A DNA stretch of 63,912 bases, filler included, from Octopus bimaculoides (GCF_001194135.2; 5 parts of 5 records of this genome joined end to end with filler, not necessarily neighbours in it); one strand, 5' to 3'. Positions 10,399-23,638 are shown, counted from the whole stretch's first letter. Notes: a model not told the origin generated them from the sequence alone. Program-made: numbers and translations.

Positions 10399-11735
10399 CT
10401 GAAGTTTGACAGAATAATGACCATGTAAACAGGGGCCATCTTAGCGTTATAGACACCTGGGCAGATCAATGCACTGGACCCTATAGTATTTATTTATTGA
10501 TAGCCAGTCATAACACATATCGATCAAAGTTAGACCCTGGGATCCTTGAGGGGTCTAGGCAGATCAGTTGAGTATTTATTAACAGCAGGCCACATGACAC
10601 CCACTGATCAGAATTAGGCCCTATGTTCATGAATTTCCCAGGCAACCTTCCAGTATGTCCATGCCTTAAGATGACACTGCATGGAAGTATTTATAAAGGT
10701 TATATACTACTACAAAACAGTCATGAACTCTATAATAAATGGAGGGAATTCTATTGAATGCCATTAAGTTTACACTCAACAGATCTTGTTGCCAACACCA
10801 ACCTTTGGATTTCTGATTTTTGCCACGTATCATAAATGTTCTGATTACAAGATGTTTTCTTATAAATAGTCTTTTATATGCTTGTGCATTATTTAATCCA
10901 TTAGGAATGAATGGACGAATCCATTCATCCAGGTTAGGTGACTTGCCTGGACCAATGTAATCCTTCCATGCCAGTCATCCCATTTGAGCGACGAGGCATG
11001 AATGCCTAGTCTGTTTTTTAGTTACATTGGTCTTTTGCTGGTTGAAATATCTCATTTGTGAATGCCTTAACTGTTGGCGATAGCAGTAGTTCACTAATGG
11101 AATTGGTTGATCCTGGCCATTGACAGGTTTGTTGTCTATGCACCTGCCTAGCATCTAGTAACATTCATCGTTGATTCAGTAAGTTCATCCCCCAAGCTAC
11201 ATCTCATGATTTCAACACACCCAGACTCAGAACAACAGGCAATAATAGGACACTTTAGTCTTGGCACAGACAATGTCTCTCGGACTGATGGTCTGATAAA
11301 ATCATGCAGTCCACTCTATTAAATGATTGGTGACAGGGAAGAGTATCTAGCTGTGAAAGAAACTTATGCCAAGAGAGAATGAACAAAGGTATGGACACGC
11401 CATAAGCTGTGGAGTAAGATACCTGTCTAGGAAGGAAGTAACTTTGAATAAGAACCTGATACAGGTAGAGGAGACTCGCTGAGAGCTTCTACGGGCATCA
11501 TCCTTGCTAGTACCAGCATCAGGGCTAGCTGGTATTCAGTTTGTTTTGTAAAGTGATTGATATCAGGAAGGGGCTTTCGAGTGATAAAACCCAATCCATG
11601 GCATGCACAACAACACAATAGGCTGGTTTTCATTGTTGGTGTGTGTGTGCTAGATAATATAGAGCCATGGTGAGATGTTATGGGTCCCATCCAACCCAAG
11701 CTGGGATGGTAATAAAATAAACAGATGTACAATAT

Positions 11736-12076
11736 GTGTGGTAAGTAGCTTGCTTACCAGCCACATGGTTCCGGGTTCAGTCCCACTGCGTGGCACCTTG
11801 GGCAAGTGTCTTCTACTTATAGCCTCAGGCTGACCAAAGCCTTGTGAGTGGATTTGGTAGATGGAAACTCTGTGTGTCTGTGTTTGTCCCCCCACCATCG
11901 CTTGACAACCAATGCTGGTGTGTTTACGTCCCCGTAACTTAGTGGTTCGGCAAAAAGAGACCGATAGAATAAGTACTAGGCTTACAAAGAAAAAGTCCTG
12001 GGGTCGATGTTCTCGACTAAAAGCGGTACTCCAGTATGGCCGCAGTCAAATGACTGAAACAAGTAAAAGAGTAAAA
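11736..12076 (+). mobile_element. tRNA-derived CORE-like SINE family A, near full length
   Basis: GTGTGGTAAG...GGTTCAGTCC (A/B boxes), CORE-like GCACCTTGGGCAAGTGTCTT, internal microsatellite, tail GCGGTACTCCAGTATGGCCGCAGTCAAATGACTGAAACAAGTAAAAGAG. Further copies or fragments at ~8000-8140, 13841-14152, 14450-14595, 18180-18290, 23760-23925, 29602-29890, 32440-32652, 33983-34190, 37540-37720, 42860-42985, 54670-54780, 62401-62636. Confidence 0.9.
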
Positions 12077-12789
12077 TAAACTTGTTGAACAAGCAATACA
12101 GATTAATCTCGAAATAACAAATAAAATAGCTATATAAATGAACAGCGGAGCCATCCACATGATCATTCAACCTGTAGGAAATAGCAGTCACAGCTCCCTC
12201 ATACACTACCACCTTAAGAAAGACAGGGTAGTCACAGAATACTTTTGATTTTAGACATACTGGGTAAGGGAAGCTAATCAAAAACTACGTCTACTTAATG
12301 TCTTGGAATTGTCTCCCTTTGTCCATGTTTGTTAACAATTACCGGGTTCTTGCGGAAAACGATTGAAAATGTTTTCGTACTCATTATATATACACGTTTA
12401 TGTGGTGGCTGTTGACTTATAGACGAATATAGCCACCGCTACCATCATCATCGTTTAACATCCGTTTTTCATGCTACCATGGATTGGACGTTTGACAAGA
12501 GCTGATATTCCACAGGACTGTACCAAGCTCTATTGTTTTGTTTTGGCACGGTTTCTATGACTGGATGACCTTCCCAATGTCAGCCACTTTACAGAGTGTA
12601 CTGGATGTTCTTTCTTCTTTTTTTTTTTTTCGTGGCATCAGCGGGGTGACCAAGTAACTTGCAAGATAAGATAATGTATCCTTGACTGTGCGAAGTAGTA
12701 TTGATGGAGGTCGCTTTGTGCCAATTGAGAAGAGGCTAAAAGAATAATACATGGATATAGAGATTAGGTGTCTTTCTGTTGGAGAGATA

Positions 12790-13330
12790 CAAAGATATCC
12801 CAGTGGAGAAGCGAGAGAAAGATAGAGAGAGTGAGAGAGATGGTTGTGGATATGTGTCAGGACATTCCATCAAGGTACAGTGATGGGTGAATACCAGTGA
12901 AGTGATACAGAGGATAGGACTTGGTGAGTGGGTGGGAGTGGGACAGAGGGGAACGTTTCATAAGAATGTGAGGAGAGATATAGTTAGATGGGATTGAGTT
13001 GACTGTAGTAATTGATGGTGAGAGATATAGGTGTGGTTCATTGGTGGGGATATGTTAGATATGCGAGGACACTGAGAGCGATAGAGGATAAAGGTGGAGT
13101 TAAGGATGGGGTATAGTAGAAGGGAGAGAGAGTATGGCTGGAGGAAGATAATTAGGAATGGATGTGGTTCTGGGGTGGGGGAAAATAGCAAAAGGGAAGG
13201 GATGTAGTATGTGTCTATTCTGCTCTCAGGTGATTATGGTAATCGAATGATATCAGAGATAGGGAAGTGATGAGTGTTAGGGAATGAGGCGGAGAGGAGA
13301 AGCTTCATGGGAAAGTGAGAATGGAGGAGG
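12790..13330 (-). mobile_element. Highly decayed LINE AP-endonuclease region (I/Nimb-like)
   Basis: Frame-broken minus-strand remnants 'SIPNYLPP', 'NSTFIL', 'NEPHLYLSPS' match the order of the SxYLPP / PFIILGDFN / EPTYxSPS motifs; strongly pyrimidine-biased coding strand. Confidence 0.45.
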
Positions 13331-13619
13331 GGCAGAGCTTTGCACATACATACCGAAGTGGTTTTAAGATACCAATTCTGTTATGGTGGATGGGTCTTCT
13401 CAAGCACAGATAAGGCTCACTATCTTGAAATCAATCTTCAGTACTTCATTTTCAGCATTACACTACAACTCAGAAAAAGTAACCCAAACTGCATGCACAC
13501 TAAATAGAATATTATTATTCACTTCCTGTGCATATTCTATGTACTGTTCATGCAGTTTTGGTTATATTTTCTGATGAGTTGCAGTGCACCTAAGCACTGT
13601 GTACAATAAGTTCGTTATA

Positions 13620-13831
13620 CAGGGTGTCCACAAAGTCTGGGTACATGGGGATTAACATATACTTTAAGAAATTATAATTTCTTATATTTAATTGCTTATG
13701 TAATTATTTTATTTACTCCATGTACCCACATGGGGATTAACATATACTTTAAGAAATTATTATTTCTTATATTTAATTGTTTATGTAATGATTTTATTTA
13801 CACCATGTACCCAGACCTTGTGGACACCCTG
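13620..13831. mobile_element. Tc1/mariner-type MITE, 212 bp, TA TSD, two internal 85-bp units
   Basis: TA|CAGGGTGTCCACAAAGTCTGGGTACATGG ... CCATGTACCCAGACCTTGTGGACACCCTG|TA; internal units start at 13643 and 13728. Confidence 0.92.
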
Positions 13832-14164
13832 TATAGATACAAGTAGCTTGCTTACCAACCACATGGTTCTGGGTTCAGTCCCACTGCGTGGCACCTTGCG
13901 TAAGTGTTTTCTACTATAGCCTTGGGCCAACCAAAGCCTTGTGAGTGGATTTAGAGTAGACAGAAACTGAAAGAAGTCCATTGTGTATATGTGTGTTTGT
14001 GTGTCTGTGTTTGTCCCCCCACCCCATCATCGCTTGACAACCGATGTAGGTGTGTTTATAACCCTATAACTTAGTGGTTTGGCAAAACAGACCGACAGAA
14101 TAAGTACTAGGCTTACAAAGAATAAATCCTGGAGTTGATTTGTTCAGCTAAAAATGTATATCCT

Positions 14165-14375
14165 ATGTTTCCCTGGGTATCCCTCTGCCACAAGTTCCAT
14201 CCACTTTAAATGATTGGCACTTTCTATGCAACTGTCCTCTTCCATATGTGTCACATGATCGAAGCAGCACAGTCTTCTCTCTTGCACTCTACATCTAATT
14301 CCTTTTATGCCTAACTTATTTTTCAATACACGAACACTCTGTCATACATGCATGACCGCCACTGACAAATTATCT
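14165..14375 (-). mobile_element. RTE-clade LINE ORF2 C-terminal fragment
   Basis: KNKLGIKGIRCRVQERRLCCFDHVTHMEEDSC..GYPGKH matches the RTE 'RRLRWxGHVxRM...GRPRKTW' region. Confidence 0.8.
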
Positions 14376-15544
14376 TATCCTAGATCAGGGATCAGAGAAC
14401 TTTTTTTAACCAATAACCCCAAAATATATTTATCTATGCCAACGTTTTTTTTCAGTGTCCGTTTACCAAACCCACTCACAAGGTTTTTGGTAGTGCAAGG
14501 CTGTTGTAGAAGATGGCCGAGTTGCCACACAGTGAGACCGAGCCCCAAAAGCATGAGGTCGGGAAGCAAACTCCTTACCATGCAGCCACACCTGATTAAT
14601 TTCTCGATTAGGGATTCAGTTGAGCAAACACCTTGAATGCTCGTCATGGAAATCAAACCAACAACTGATGGAGAACCAGCACCGCCACCGCCACCACCAC
14701 CACCACTACCACCATTGTTTNNNNNNNNNNNNNNNNNNNNNNNNNNNNNNNNNNNNNNNNNNNNNNNNNNNNNNNNNNNNNNNNNNNNNNNNNNNNNNNN
14801 NNNNNNNAGGATAGGGTGGCATTTGTCACACCAATTGTTCTGTTGGAAATATTTTATTGTTAGTTTAATTTCACTAAATAAAACCTTTCACTGTCACTGA
14901 GATCAAATTACTGAAAATAACAAAAACAGAAAAAGAAAATTAGCACCTATTACACTAATTTTTTTTTCGTTTTTGAGCTCGGGTCAAACACGATAGTTTA
15001 GAGGCCATGGGATTAACGATGTGTGACGATGTGAATGTTCCGAGTCCTCTCCCCACCCCCACCCCGTTCGCGAGCGCGCATTTTTTTTTTTTTTCAGTCG
15101 TTCTCAGCAAGCTGTTTTACACCTATTACACTAAATTTTTTTTTGAGCTCGGGTCAAACGCTTTAGTTTGACCAAATTTTTTTTTTTTTATCCCTTCGGA
15201 ACTCGAAACCTCAAAAAGCGAGACGTTGTGGCGAGAGTACAGGACCCCTACATATAAATAGCAGAAGTCTTACGTAAGTCGGCGGGAAAACATGAACTTT
15301 CTATGTTTTGTCTGTTCTCCCTCTTGGATATGCCCAGAGTGGTAAATAAAGAAAAAGTTCGTAGTTTGATCTTCGAAGTCCAGGTACAGTTCGATTTAGT
15401 TTGTTGGAAATATTGATTGTTGATTCATTACGTGTTTGTTACTGCCGCTGTTTCTATTTTGTATTGTTATAACCCTATTACAATGTATTCTTCATCTATT
15501 GTCGACAATTTCAATCGTACTTCCGATATTGGAGACGTAAGGAT

Positions 15545-16420
15545 ATAAACAGACACCTGCCTTTACACTAAATTCATCACTGAAGTCATTTGCCAATTCT
15601 TACTTTACTTCGTGTATCATTGTACGTAACTTGTTCAAGCTATGTAACATGAACATCTGCACAAGCCATTCGCCAATTCCTGGCTTCTGTCGTGCCCACC
15701 AGATAACTGAACATGGTACCCTGTCAAATGCTTTCTCCAAATCAACAAAAATCAGAAACAGTGGCTTATTCTTAGCCTTGTATTTCTGTAGTTGCCACAG
15801 GGAAGATTTCGTTTGTAGTGTCTCATCTGCATCACATCCAGGTAGATTCTATGATGGATCGATTGGGCCATGGCTTTCTCTGTGACCTTCGTAACTTGAT
15901 CTACAGGTCTGATTCCTCTATATAGTTGCTCCTCTCTAAGGCATCGCTTTTGTCCTTGTAACAGTTTATGATAATGCTGCAATGCCAGTCATAGGGAATG
16001 ACAACCTCCTGGATGGTTATATTGACTATCCAAATGGCAATACTGTATCCCACTTCATGAACCTGTGACTTTCCCCACTCTTCATATTCTTGATCACTTT
16101 ATCTACCACATTGCTGTTAACTTGAATCACTGTTCCCTCTGTTGGATCAGCATGGGATAATCCGTTTGTCCCATGCATTCTCCTCATTCAAAAGCCTTTC
16201 ATTATAGCACTTCCACACCACTTACTTTTGTTCCAATCAATGGCAAGTTTGCTGTCGTTATTTCAAACACACTTCTTACTAATGTCAACTTGTTTCTCTC
16301 TTACACATTGTCTCGTAGTCCTGAACACTTCTCACCTCTGATCCTCAAGCTGCAGAACATATGCAAACGTCTTCTTTTCTGCCTCATCTTAAGCCATGCA
16401 CATCTAATGCCTAGATACCC
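15545..16420 (-). mobile_element. RTE-clade LINE reverse transcriptase fragment (pseudogenised)
   Basis: Across frameshifts: VIPYDW..IINCYKDKSDALERSNYRGI..DQVTKVTEK..QKYKAKNKPLFLIFVDLEKAFDRVP..WW..GIGEWLV, i.e. the typical RT domain 0-3 motifs. Confidence 0.88.
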
Positions 16421-16559
16421 TTCTAGTCATGATCATCGTTTAACGTCCGCTTTCCATGCTAGCATGGGTTGGACTTTTGACTGAGGACTGGTGAACCAAA
16501 TGGCTACACCAGGCTCCACTATGTTAGTTTTAGCTTGGCTGGGACTTTACTCCAGTCAT

Positions 16560-17060
16560 GTCAGATCTGTAGCCCTGATCAGTTTATCTTGTTGAAATAC
16601 CTAGTCAGCTATGCAACAGGTATATAAATCTCATCTACAGGCATGAATGTCATTTATAATTTTCCTAAACCGTTTCCCAATCGTTGGATCGTTTAATTTC
16701 CAAATCCTTTTCCATGCTGTGTCTACATAGCTCTGACACAGAAATCACCAGCCACTAACCTATGTTATATAGGGGCATTCTTTGCTAGGAAAGGTTTTGA
16801 TATTCACAATAATCCTTCTGTCTTGTTCCCTGGTGAGAATGTAAGCTAAGCTAACTTATGTGTTCACCAGATTGGTAATTGATGAGGTAGTTGGATGGTT
16901 TCTTAAAGAGTATGTTACAAATTGTTAAGACCAGTTGCATCACAAAACTTCAGAAGCCTTACACCTACCTGTCTCAAGCCATAACCATAACCTTTCTGTA
17001 CATCACAAAAGCCATCAATGTGTTGACCATCATGTCCCTTGAAGACACCAGCAACAATAA
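16560..17060 (-). mobile_element. Possible decayed L1/Tx1-like post-RT region
   Basis: Only weak remnants ('SMEKDLEIK..DWETV') in stop-riddled frames. Confidence 0.25.
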
Positions 17061-17612
17061 TGAGGATGCTGTCACTCATTGGTGAGGTAGTCTACAGAAG
17101 GTCTCATAGAAGTGATACTTCTGACAGTCCCACCTGTGGGGAGTATGTCGAGGTGCTGCCTATAATTAACCATGACTTAATTATGCTATCACATACTCTG
17201 ACAACTTCTGTTATTTTATCTATCCATCTCTCATCTCACAGTATACCTACCCCACTACTGCTCACCAAGAAGAGTTTGAACTACTGTTTTCTACCCATGA
17301 GTAGTTTGGTTGAAGATCCCATCCCTTCCATCTTATTTCTTGCACACAGTATACTCCATTCCAGCATCTCTGCAATTTCACTAGACCTACTTTTTATTGT
17401 GCCTACATTTAAAGTTACTGCCCTATTTTGGTACCTGCAGAAGAAAACAGCCTGGCTTATGTGGTAAAGCTTCTTGGTTTTTAGTTGTTCACAATCTGCC
17501 TGTGTCTGTGAGGAATATGAGAAGTCTATTTACCTGGTACGGAAAGACTTTCAAACTTCGTATACTTATCTATTTTGTGTTATAGAACAGAAAAATATTT
17601 TTGTATTCGAAT

Positions 17613-17906
17613 TTATTTCATGTAAAAAAATTGTCTTATTTCGATAATTTCAACCAATCACTGACAAGTATTCAGTTGTTTGCATTTACTCCTTTGCTAA
17701 TTAAGCGATGTAAAGCGTATTTAATCGCCATACCTTCGTTTTATTTGCTTTTTTCATTTTAAATTTGCTTTAACCCTAACCCTAAGGTTAGGGTTAATTG
17801 TTTCAGAATCGTTTGTTTATGTAGTCGGCACTTAATGTATATCGGCTGAATGGACGTCAGTGATTGGTTGAAATTACAGAAATACGACAACTTTCACATG
17901 GAATAA
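17613..17906. mobile_element. Foldback MITE-like element with central telomere-repeat hairpin
   Basis: 17613-17665 versus 17856-17906 are ~50-bp imperfect inverted repeats (core TAATTTCAACCAATCACTGAC exact). Centre TTAACCCTAACC-CTAA-GGTTAGGGTTAA at 17770-17797. Confidence 0.75.
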
Positions 17907-18336
17907 CTTAGTCTTCTTTAAAAAAAAAGAAATCCCTAAGAGAAAAAGATGTTTTATATGACACATTCTACCAGTGTTCCAAGTTTCAAAGTGTTTCGTT
18001 AATGAAAAATGTGGCCCCCGTTTTAAAAAAGATCCGAAGTCTATTTACCATCTGCTAGCAAAAGCAGATGGTAGATTGACAAACATGATTAATTTTTCCT
18101 TTCATCAGAGCTGCCCTCATTCAGCCATTCATTTATTCCCCAACATGCATAACACAGAGAGAGTTTGAATCAATTATACACAATGGGCTTCTTTCAGTTT
18201 CCACCTGTCAAATCCACTCACAAGGCTTTGGTCGGCCCAAAGCTATTGTTAAAGACACTTGCCCAAGGTACCATGCAGTCGGACTGTCGTGTGGTTAACC
18301 AGAAACTCCAAAACCCTCCCCACCAATACACACTTG

Positions 18337-18723
18337 TGTTGTTGGTGGCACTCTGTTGCTTACGACGTCGAGGGTTCCAGTTGATCCGATCAACGGAACA
18401 GCCTGCTCGTGAAATTAACGTGCAAGTGGTTGAGCATTCCACAGACACGTGTACCCTTAACGTAGTTCTCGGGGATATTCAGCGTGACACAGAGTGACAA
18501 GGCTGACCCTTTGAATTACAGATACAACAGAAACAGGAAGAAAGATTGAGAGAAAGTTGTGGTGAAAGAGTACAGCAGGGTTCGCCACCATCCCCTGCCG
18601 GAGCCTCGTGGAGCTTTAGGTGTTTGCGCTCAATAAACACTCACAACGCCCGGTCTGGGAATCGAAACCGCGATCCTATGACCGCGAGTCCGCTGCCCTA
18701 ACCACTGGGCCATTGCGCCTCCA
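18337..18723 (-). mobile_element. tRNA-derived SINE family D, young-looking full copy
   Basis: Head TGGAGGCGCAATGGCCCAGTGGTTAGGGCAGCGGACTCGCGGTCATAGGATCGCGGTTTCGATTCC (A and B boxes); older relative at ~54825-55110. Confidence 0.8.
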
Positions 18724-20087
18724 CTTCACACTTATATTTGAAAAGAAACAAGACAAAAAAATATATATCTCTCAAAACTTTTTTTTTATTTAAATTGTAA
18801 AATTTTTGATATCAACAAAAAAAAAAAGGAAAAAATAAAAACAACAGATTTTGTGTGTGAAATAAAAAAAAAACATGACAGTCTTTCATTTTTTTTATAA
18901 TACTAAAGAAATGAGACATGATAATTTACAATGGCTTCTGTTTAAGTCTGGCTGCAGTAATAAGAAACAGTTTGTCCTTCAATAAAGAGTAACTATTTAA
19001 ATGGAGGTGGTGTTCAGTGTCTTCATTATGGTAGACAGAACGTTGTTCTTCACCGGATATGAAACATTTCAAATGCCATAGAAAGAGGCCTTTGTGTGGT
19101 TGCTTGACCTGCTAGAAGTAGCAGTTAAACCTCTTTCAAATCACACACCTATTGTCTGTAAGACGGAAAAAGGAGAATGTGGATGTTACAGACCTAGGTG
19201 TGAAATGATTAAGGCATCAATGCCTTTTTGTTCTTGGGGGTTTATTCAACCAGGATCAACCTGGGGTTTTATTTCTAACAACAACATTCAACTTTCAGAA
19301 ATTCACCGGATTTTTTTCACAACTGAAACTGACTAGACATAGATTCCTTATAATGAGACCGAATCTACAAAGTCACACCACCAACCAATTCAGATTTGAT
19401 TTAAGATACAAAAAAAAAAAAAAAAAANNNNNNNNNNNNNNNNNNNNNNNNNNNNNNNNNNNNNNNNNNNNNNNNNNNNNNNNNNNNNNNNNNNNNNNNN
19501 NNNNNNNNNNNNNNNNNNNNNNNNNNNNNNNNNNNNNNNNNNNNNNNNNNNNNNNNNNNNNNNNNNNNNNNNNNNNNNNNNNNNNNNNNNNNNNNNNNNN
19601 NNNNNNNNNNNNNNNNNNNNNNNNNNNNNNNNNNNNNNNNNNNNNNNNNNNNNNNNNNNNNNNNNNNNNNNNNNNNNNNNNNNNNNNNNNNNNNNNNNNN
19701 NNNNNNNNNNNNNNNNNNNNNNNNNNNNNNNNNNNNNNNNNNNNNNNNNNNNNNNNNNNNNNNNNNNNNNNNNNNNNNNNNNNNNNNNNNNNNNNNNNNN
19801 NNNNNNNNNNNNNNNNNNNNNNNNNNNNNNNNNNNNNNNNNNNNNNNNNNNNNNNNNNNNNNNNNNNNNNNNNNNNNNNNNNNAAATGATGCACACTTAT
19901 AGTGCAGATTTCTACACTTTACATGTTTCCCCACTTCTGCAGAGTTCACAATTTGTGCTGTTGAAAATCTGCTTGATCAATCATTATGTTATATTATGTA
20001 ATAAGCAATCATCTAAGTGTAACTACAAGAAAAAAAACAAAAAGATCTTATATTTTGTTTAAATAGTTTGAGTACATTAATTTCATT

Positions 20088-20123
<36 letters not shown>

Positions 20124-20132
20124 ATATTTATA

Positions 20133-20345
20133 CAGGGTGTCCACAAAGTCTGGATACATGGGGATTAACACATACTTTAAGAACTTATTATTTCTGATAT
20201 TTAATTGTTTCTGTTATGATTTTATTTACTCCATGTACCCACATGGAGATTAACACATACTTTAAGGAATTATTATTTCTTATATTTAATTGTTTGTGTT
20301 ATGAATTTTTTTACTCTATGTACCTAGACCTTGTGGACACCCTAG
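20133..20345. mobile_element. Second copy of the 85-bp-unit Tc1/mariner MITE
   Basis: TA|CAGGGTGTCCACAAAGTCTGG ... AGACCTTGTGGACACCCTAG|TA; units start at 20156 and 20241. Confidence 0.88.
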
Positions 20346-20529
20346 TATATTTATTGTACCAATATTAATTTGCCACATATTTTTTTTTTCTTTTTCTAAT
20401 AATATAGTTTCCTGAATAAAACATTTGTGTGTGTGTGTAGTATGTGTAGACGAAGGACATCTCATGTTAGACCAAAATGTAGTCACTAAAGAGTAACTGG
20501 TTTTTTAAATTTTTTTACAAGCCTGTGTT

Positions 20530-20563
<34 letters not shown>

Positions 20564-21694
20564 CAAGCAGTAATAATAATGAACAGGAGCAGCAATTTAA
20601 TTTAAATAGCCAAGTATATACAAAGTTCATCTCCATCTCTTTATCCTGTGTCTCTCAAATAACAAAAGGCAGCATAGCGTCATCTTAAATAAGATATGGC
20701 AACCTTTTTCACAGATTAGATTCATAATTGCATAGCAATTGCGTATGGCTATAACCATTGTGTCGTGAAAGATTCTAAACATGGAAACAGTATAACTTCA
20801 CATGAGAATAAATAAGTGACAGTTTGGCAGCAGAGATTCAATTTCCATGGAGTAGAGATAGTTATATCAGCATTAGAGGCCAAGCTAGCCCAATATATGT
20901 ATATATAAATATACGGAATGGTGGAGCAAATCACAGAAGATTTATTTGCCAGTCATGTTATTTCGTGTAAAATAGAGTATCAAAGAAAGAAATAGCACAT
21001 CAAAGAAAATATTTTTTGTTCATTGGTAAACTATCACCTTAAGACACAAACAGTTTGTCCGTTGAAGCATATGAACCAAGAATATATATAATATATATAT
21101 TTATATGCACACATACATACATGCTTCAATAAAGCTTGGAACGGAGATTGATTAAAACACTGCTTAAATTTCCAACTGTCCAAAGACAATTATATATTAT
21201 TAATTTCAAAACAGGAGTAACTATGAAACAACCAGTTACTTTGAAGCAAGTAGTTTTCACACTCGCTTGTTAACCATAGTGACAACATGATTTTGCACAT
21301 GCGCACCCTGCATGCAGAAGAGAAGTTGCTGGGTCAGCATGAGGTCTTTGAAATACTGTGTGATGAGGATGTCTTATCAAAAATCACATAAAACTGTGAT
21401 CAAAAACTACATAAAACCGTGATCTAAAATCCTCTCACGTTTTATGCCGCCACATCTACTACACACACACACACACACATACAGAGAATCTGCAGAGTAT
21501 TTACTTCATTTGTTGCAACAGGACATAAATACTTTGTGTGTGTGTTATTTTCTGAATTAGTATCAATCCACACATAACACATAAACAGATTTTTTTCAGA
21601 TCACCGAAANNNNNNNNNNATATATATATATAAATAAATATATATATATAAATAAATAAGAATAATAAATAAATAAAACAACAATAATAATGAT

Positions 21695-21915
21695 CCTTTT
21701 TGCTATATGAACAAGGCCTGAAATTTTGAGGGAAGATGGGGGGTAGTTGACTACACTGACTTCAGTGTTCAACTGGTATTTATTTTAGTGACCCCTGAAA
21801 GGATGAAAGGCAAAGTCGACCCCAGTAGAATTTGAACTCAGAACATATAAAGATGGATGAAATGTCGCTAAGCATTTTGCCCAGTGTACTAATAATTCTA
21901 CCAGCTCACCATCTT
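21695..21915 (-). mobile_element. SINE family B, type-2 (ATT) tail, older copy
   Basis: Central domain ACCCCTGAAAGGATGAAAGGCAAAGTCGACC, (AAT)n on both sides. Similar copies at ~28590-28808, 43040-43260, 45925-46100, 50980-51190. Confidence 0.8.
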
Positions 21916-22516
21916 AATAATACTAATAATCCCGAATTTCATTTTGCACTTATATAAATTATTTCTTTCAGTAATATCTCCTGCCGCTATCAGAACTTTT
22001 CTTCCAAAAAAAAAAGACTTATTTTTCTGAGATTCCTAATAGATTTTTCGTTCTTAGTTTTTGCTGTTTTTTTTATTATTTAATTCTATTTCATAAAAGC
22101 AATTTACACACAGGAACAAGACCAAAATGCTACAGTAAAGTATGAAAGAGAATTGATCCATGGAATTTACTTTTTCATATCACCCATCCCTTTCTATAAA
22201 CTCCTGGTTAATTCTCACCGCAGTTTTAATGTCAAGCTAATATAACTTTAAAAAAAAAAATTGCTATTTCCAATAGAGTGCATGTGTGTTGATAAAAGTG
22301 TGTGTATGTAAACATACACATACTCTTTCTCCAGATTAATTTAATTTTATAAAGGATTCTTTTTCCCTCTTTAAACAGAAGCAAACATCATTTGGAAGTT
22401 CCATAAACAACAACAAGAACAAAAACTATATACAAAAACAACTGCCTGTATATGCGGTTACAAGCGCATATACATATACTCTTTTTACAAAAATAGAAAT
22501 AAATAAATAAAGAACT

Positions 22517-23061
22517 CTAAAACTGAAAAAGTTTGTGATGGTCCCAAAAATGACATACACTGTTCTGGGAATCAGGAGCAACTGAGACAACATGGTCAAC
22601 ATCTTTATGGCCAAGGGGGCCAGAAGGATGCTGTTTGGTTACCAGTAAGAATATGTCATTCCACAAGAGACGGAGATCAGCTTTAGCATTTATTACTTTT
22701 GACGTTTTAGTGGAGAGTTCCTTGTGTAAGTTATTGGAGCACAGAAATGACGAGCTGAGTTTTCTGTTGCTGCTGCTGCTGCTACTGCAACCATGGACTA
22801 GAGAGTTTCTGGGAAGGGAAACCAAATAATAGTTTGGGAAGTTAGCACTATGTAAGAGTTTCTCAGTCTGACACATTTTGATATCAAATGCCATTTCGCT
22901 GACAATATCAGCTTTGGTCTTTATTCTGTCTTTTTGTGCATTGTAGAATTTCATAGCGCGTTGCATTGTCTTTGGTTCCATGTTGAACATCTGGCCAATA
23001 TTCTTGGCATGGCTGTTTGGTTTGTCTTTTCCAGTATCACAGAAATGGCGACAAACTTGTC
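22517..23061 (-). CDS. Carboxylesterase/neurotactin-like gene, terminal coding exon
   Basis: Acceptor TCTTTTCTATTTCCAG at 23062; only the phase-1 frame is open (G-QVCRHF...IVSEMAFDIKMCQTEKLL...VCHFWDHHKLFQF*). Phase matches the previous exon, and the C-terminal CxFW is typical of the family. Confidence 0.72.
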
Positions 23062-23134
23062 CTGGAAATAGAAAAGATGACAAAGTTTTACATAAACATA
23101 TAGACACACACACACACACACACATATAAATATA

Positions 23135-23362
23135 GGCGAGCTGGCAGAAACGTTAGCACGCCGGGCAAAATGCTTAGCGGTATTTCGTCTGCCGCTACAT
23201 TCTGAGTTCAAATTCCGCCGAGGTCGACTTTGCCTTTCATCCTTTCAGGGTCGATTAAATAAGTACCAGTTACGCACTGGTGTCGATATAATCGACTTAA
23301 TCCGTTTGTCTGTCTTTGTTTGTCCCCTCTGTGTGTAGCCCCTTGTGGGCAGTAAAGAAATA
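23135..23362 (+). mobile_element. SINE family B, type-1 tail
   Basis: GGCGAGCTGGCAGAAACG...CCCCTTGTGGGCAGTAAAGAAATA, flanked by ATAAATATA-like repeats; lies in the last intron of the esterase gene. Confidence 0.9.
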
Positions 23363-23607
23363 ACACATAAATATATATATATAACAAATAAAAGGGTAAA
23401 GGAATATTAATTTATGAATTACAAATAAAAGGATAAAGGAATATTAAGGTGAAACGCGTCTATGATTAACTAAGAGTGGTTAGTTTCATTGTTTTTTCTT
23501 CTTGTTTTGCCTTTGTGAGTTATAAGTACTGCTATCTGTTGGAGTTTTAGCACTTTAGCTGCTATTTCTGAACTTCGGCATGTGGTGAAGCAACTGTTGC
23601 TGATCCC

Positions 23608-23638
<31 letters not shown>

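Noticed and set aside
17770-17797. Telomere fusion scar or telomerase RNA template
   Set aside because: Only 2-3 repeats, in CCCTAA-then-TTAGGG order (opposite to an end-to-end fusion), inside a foldback element.
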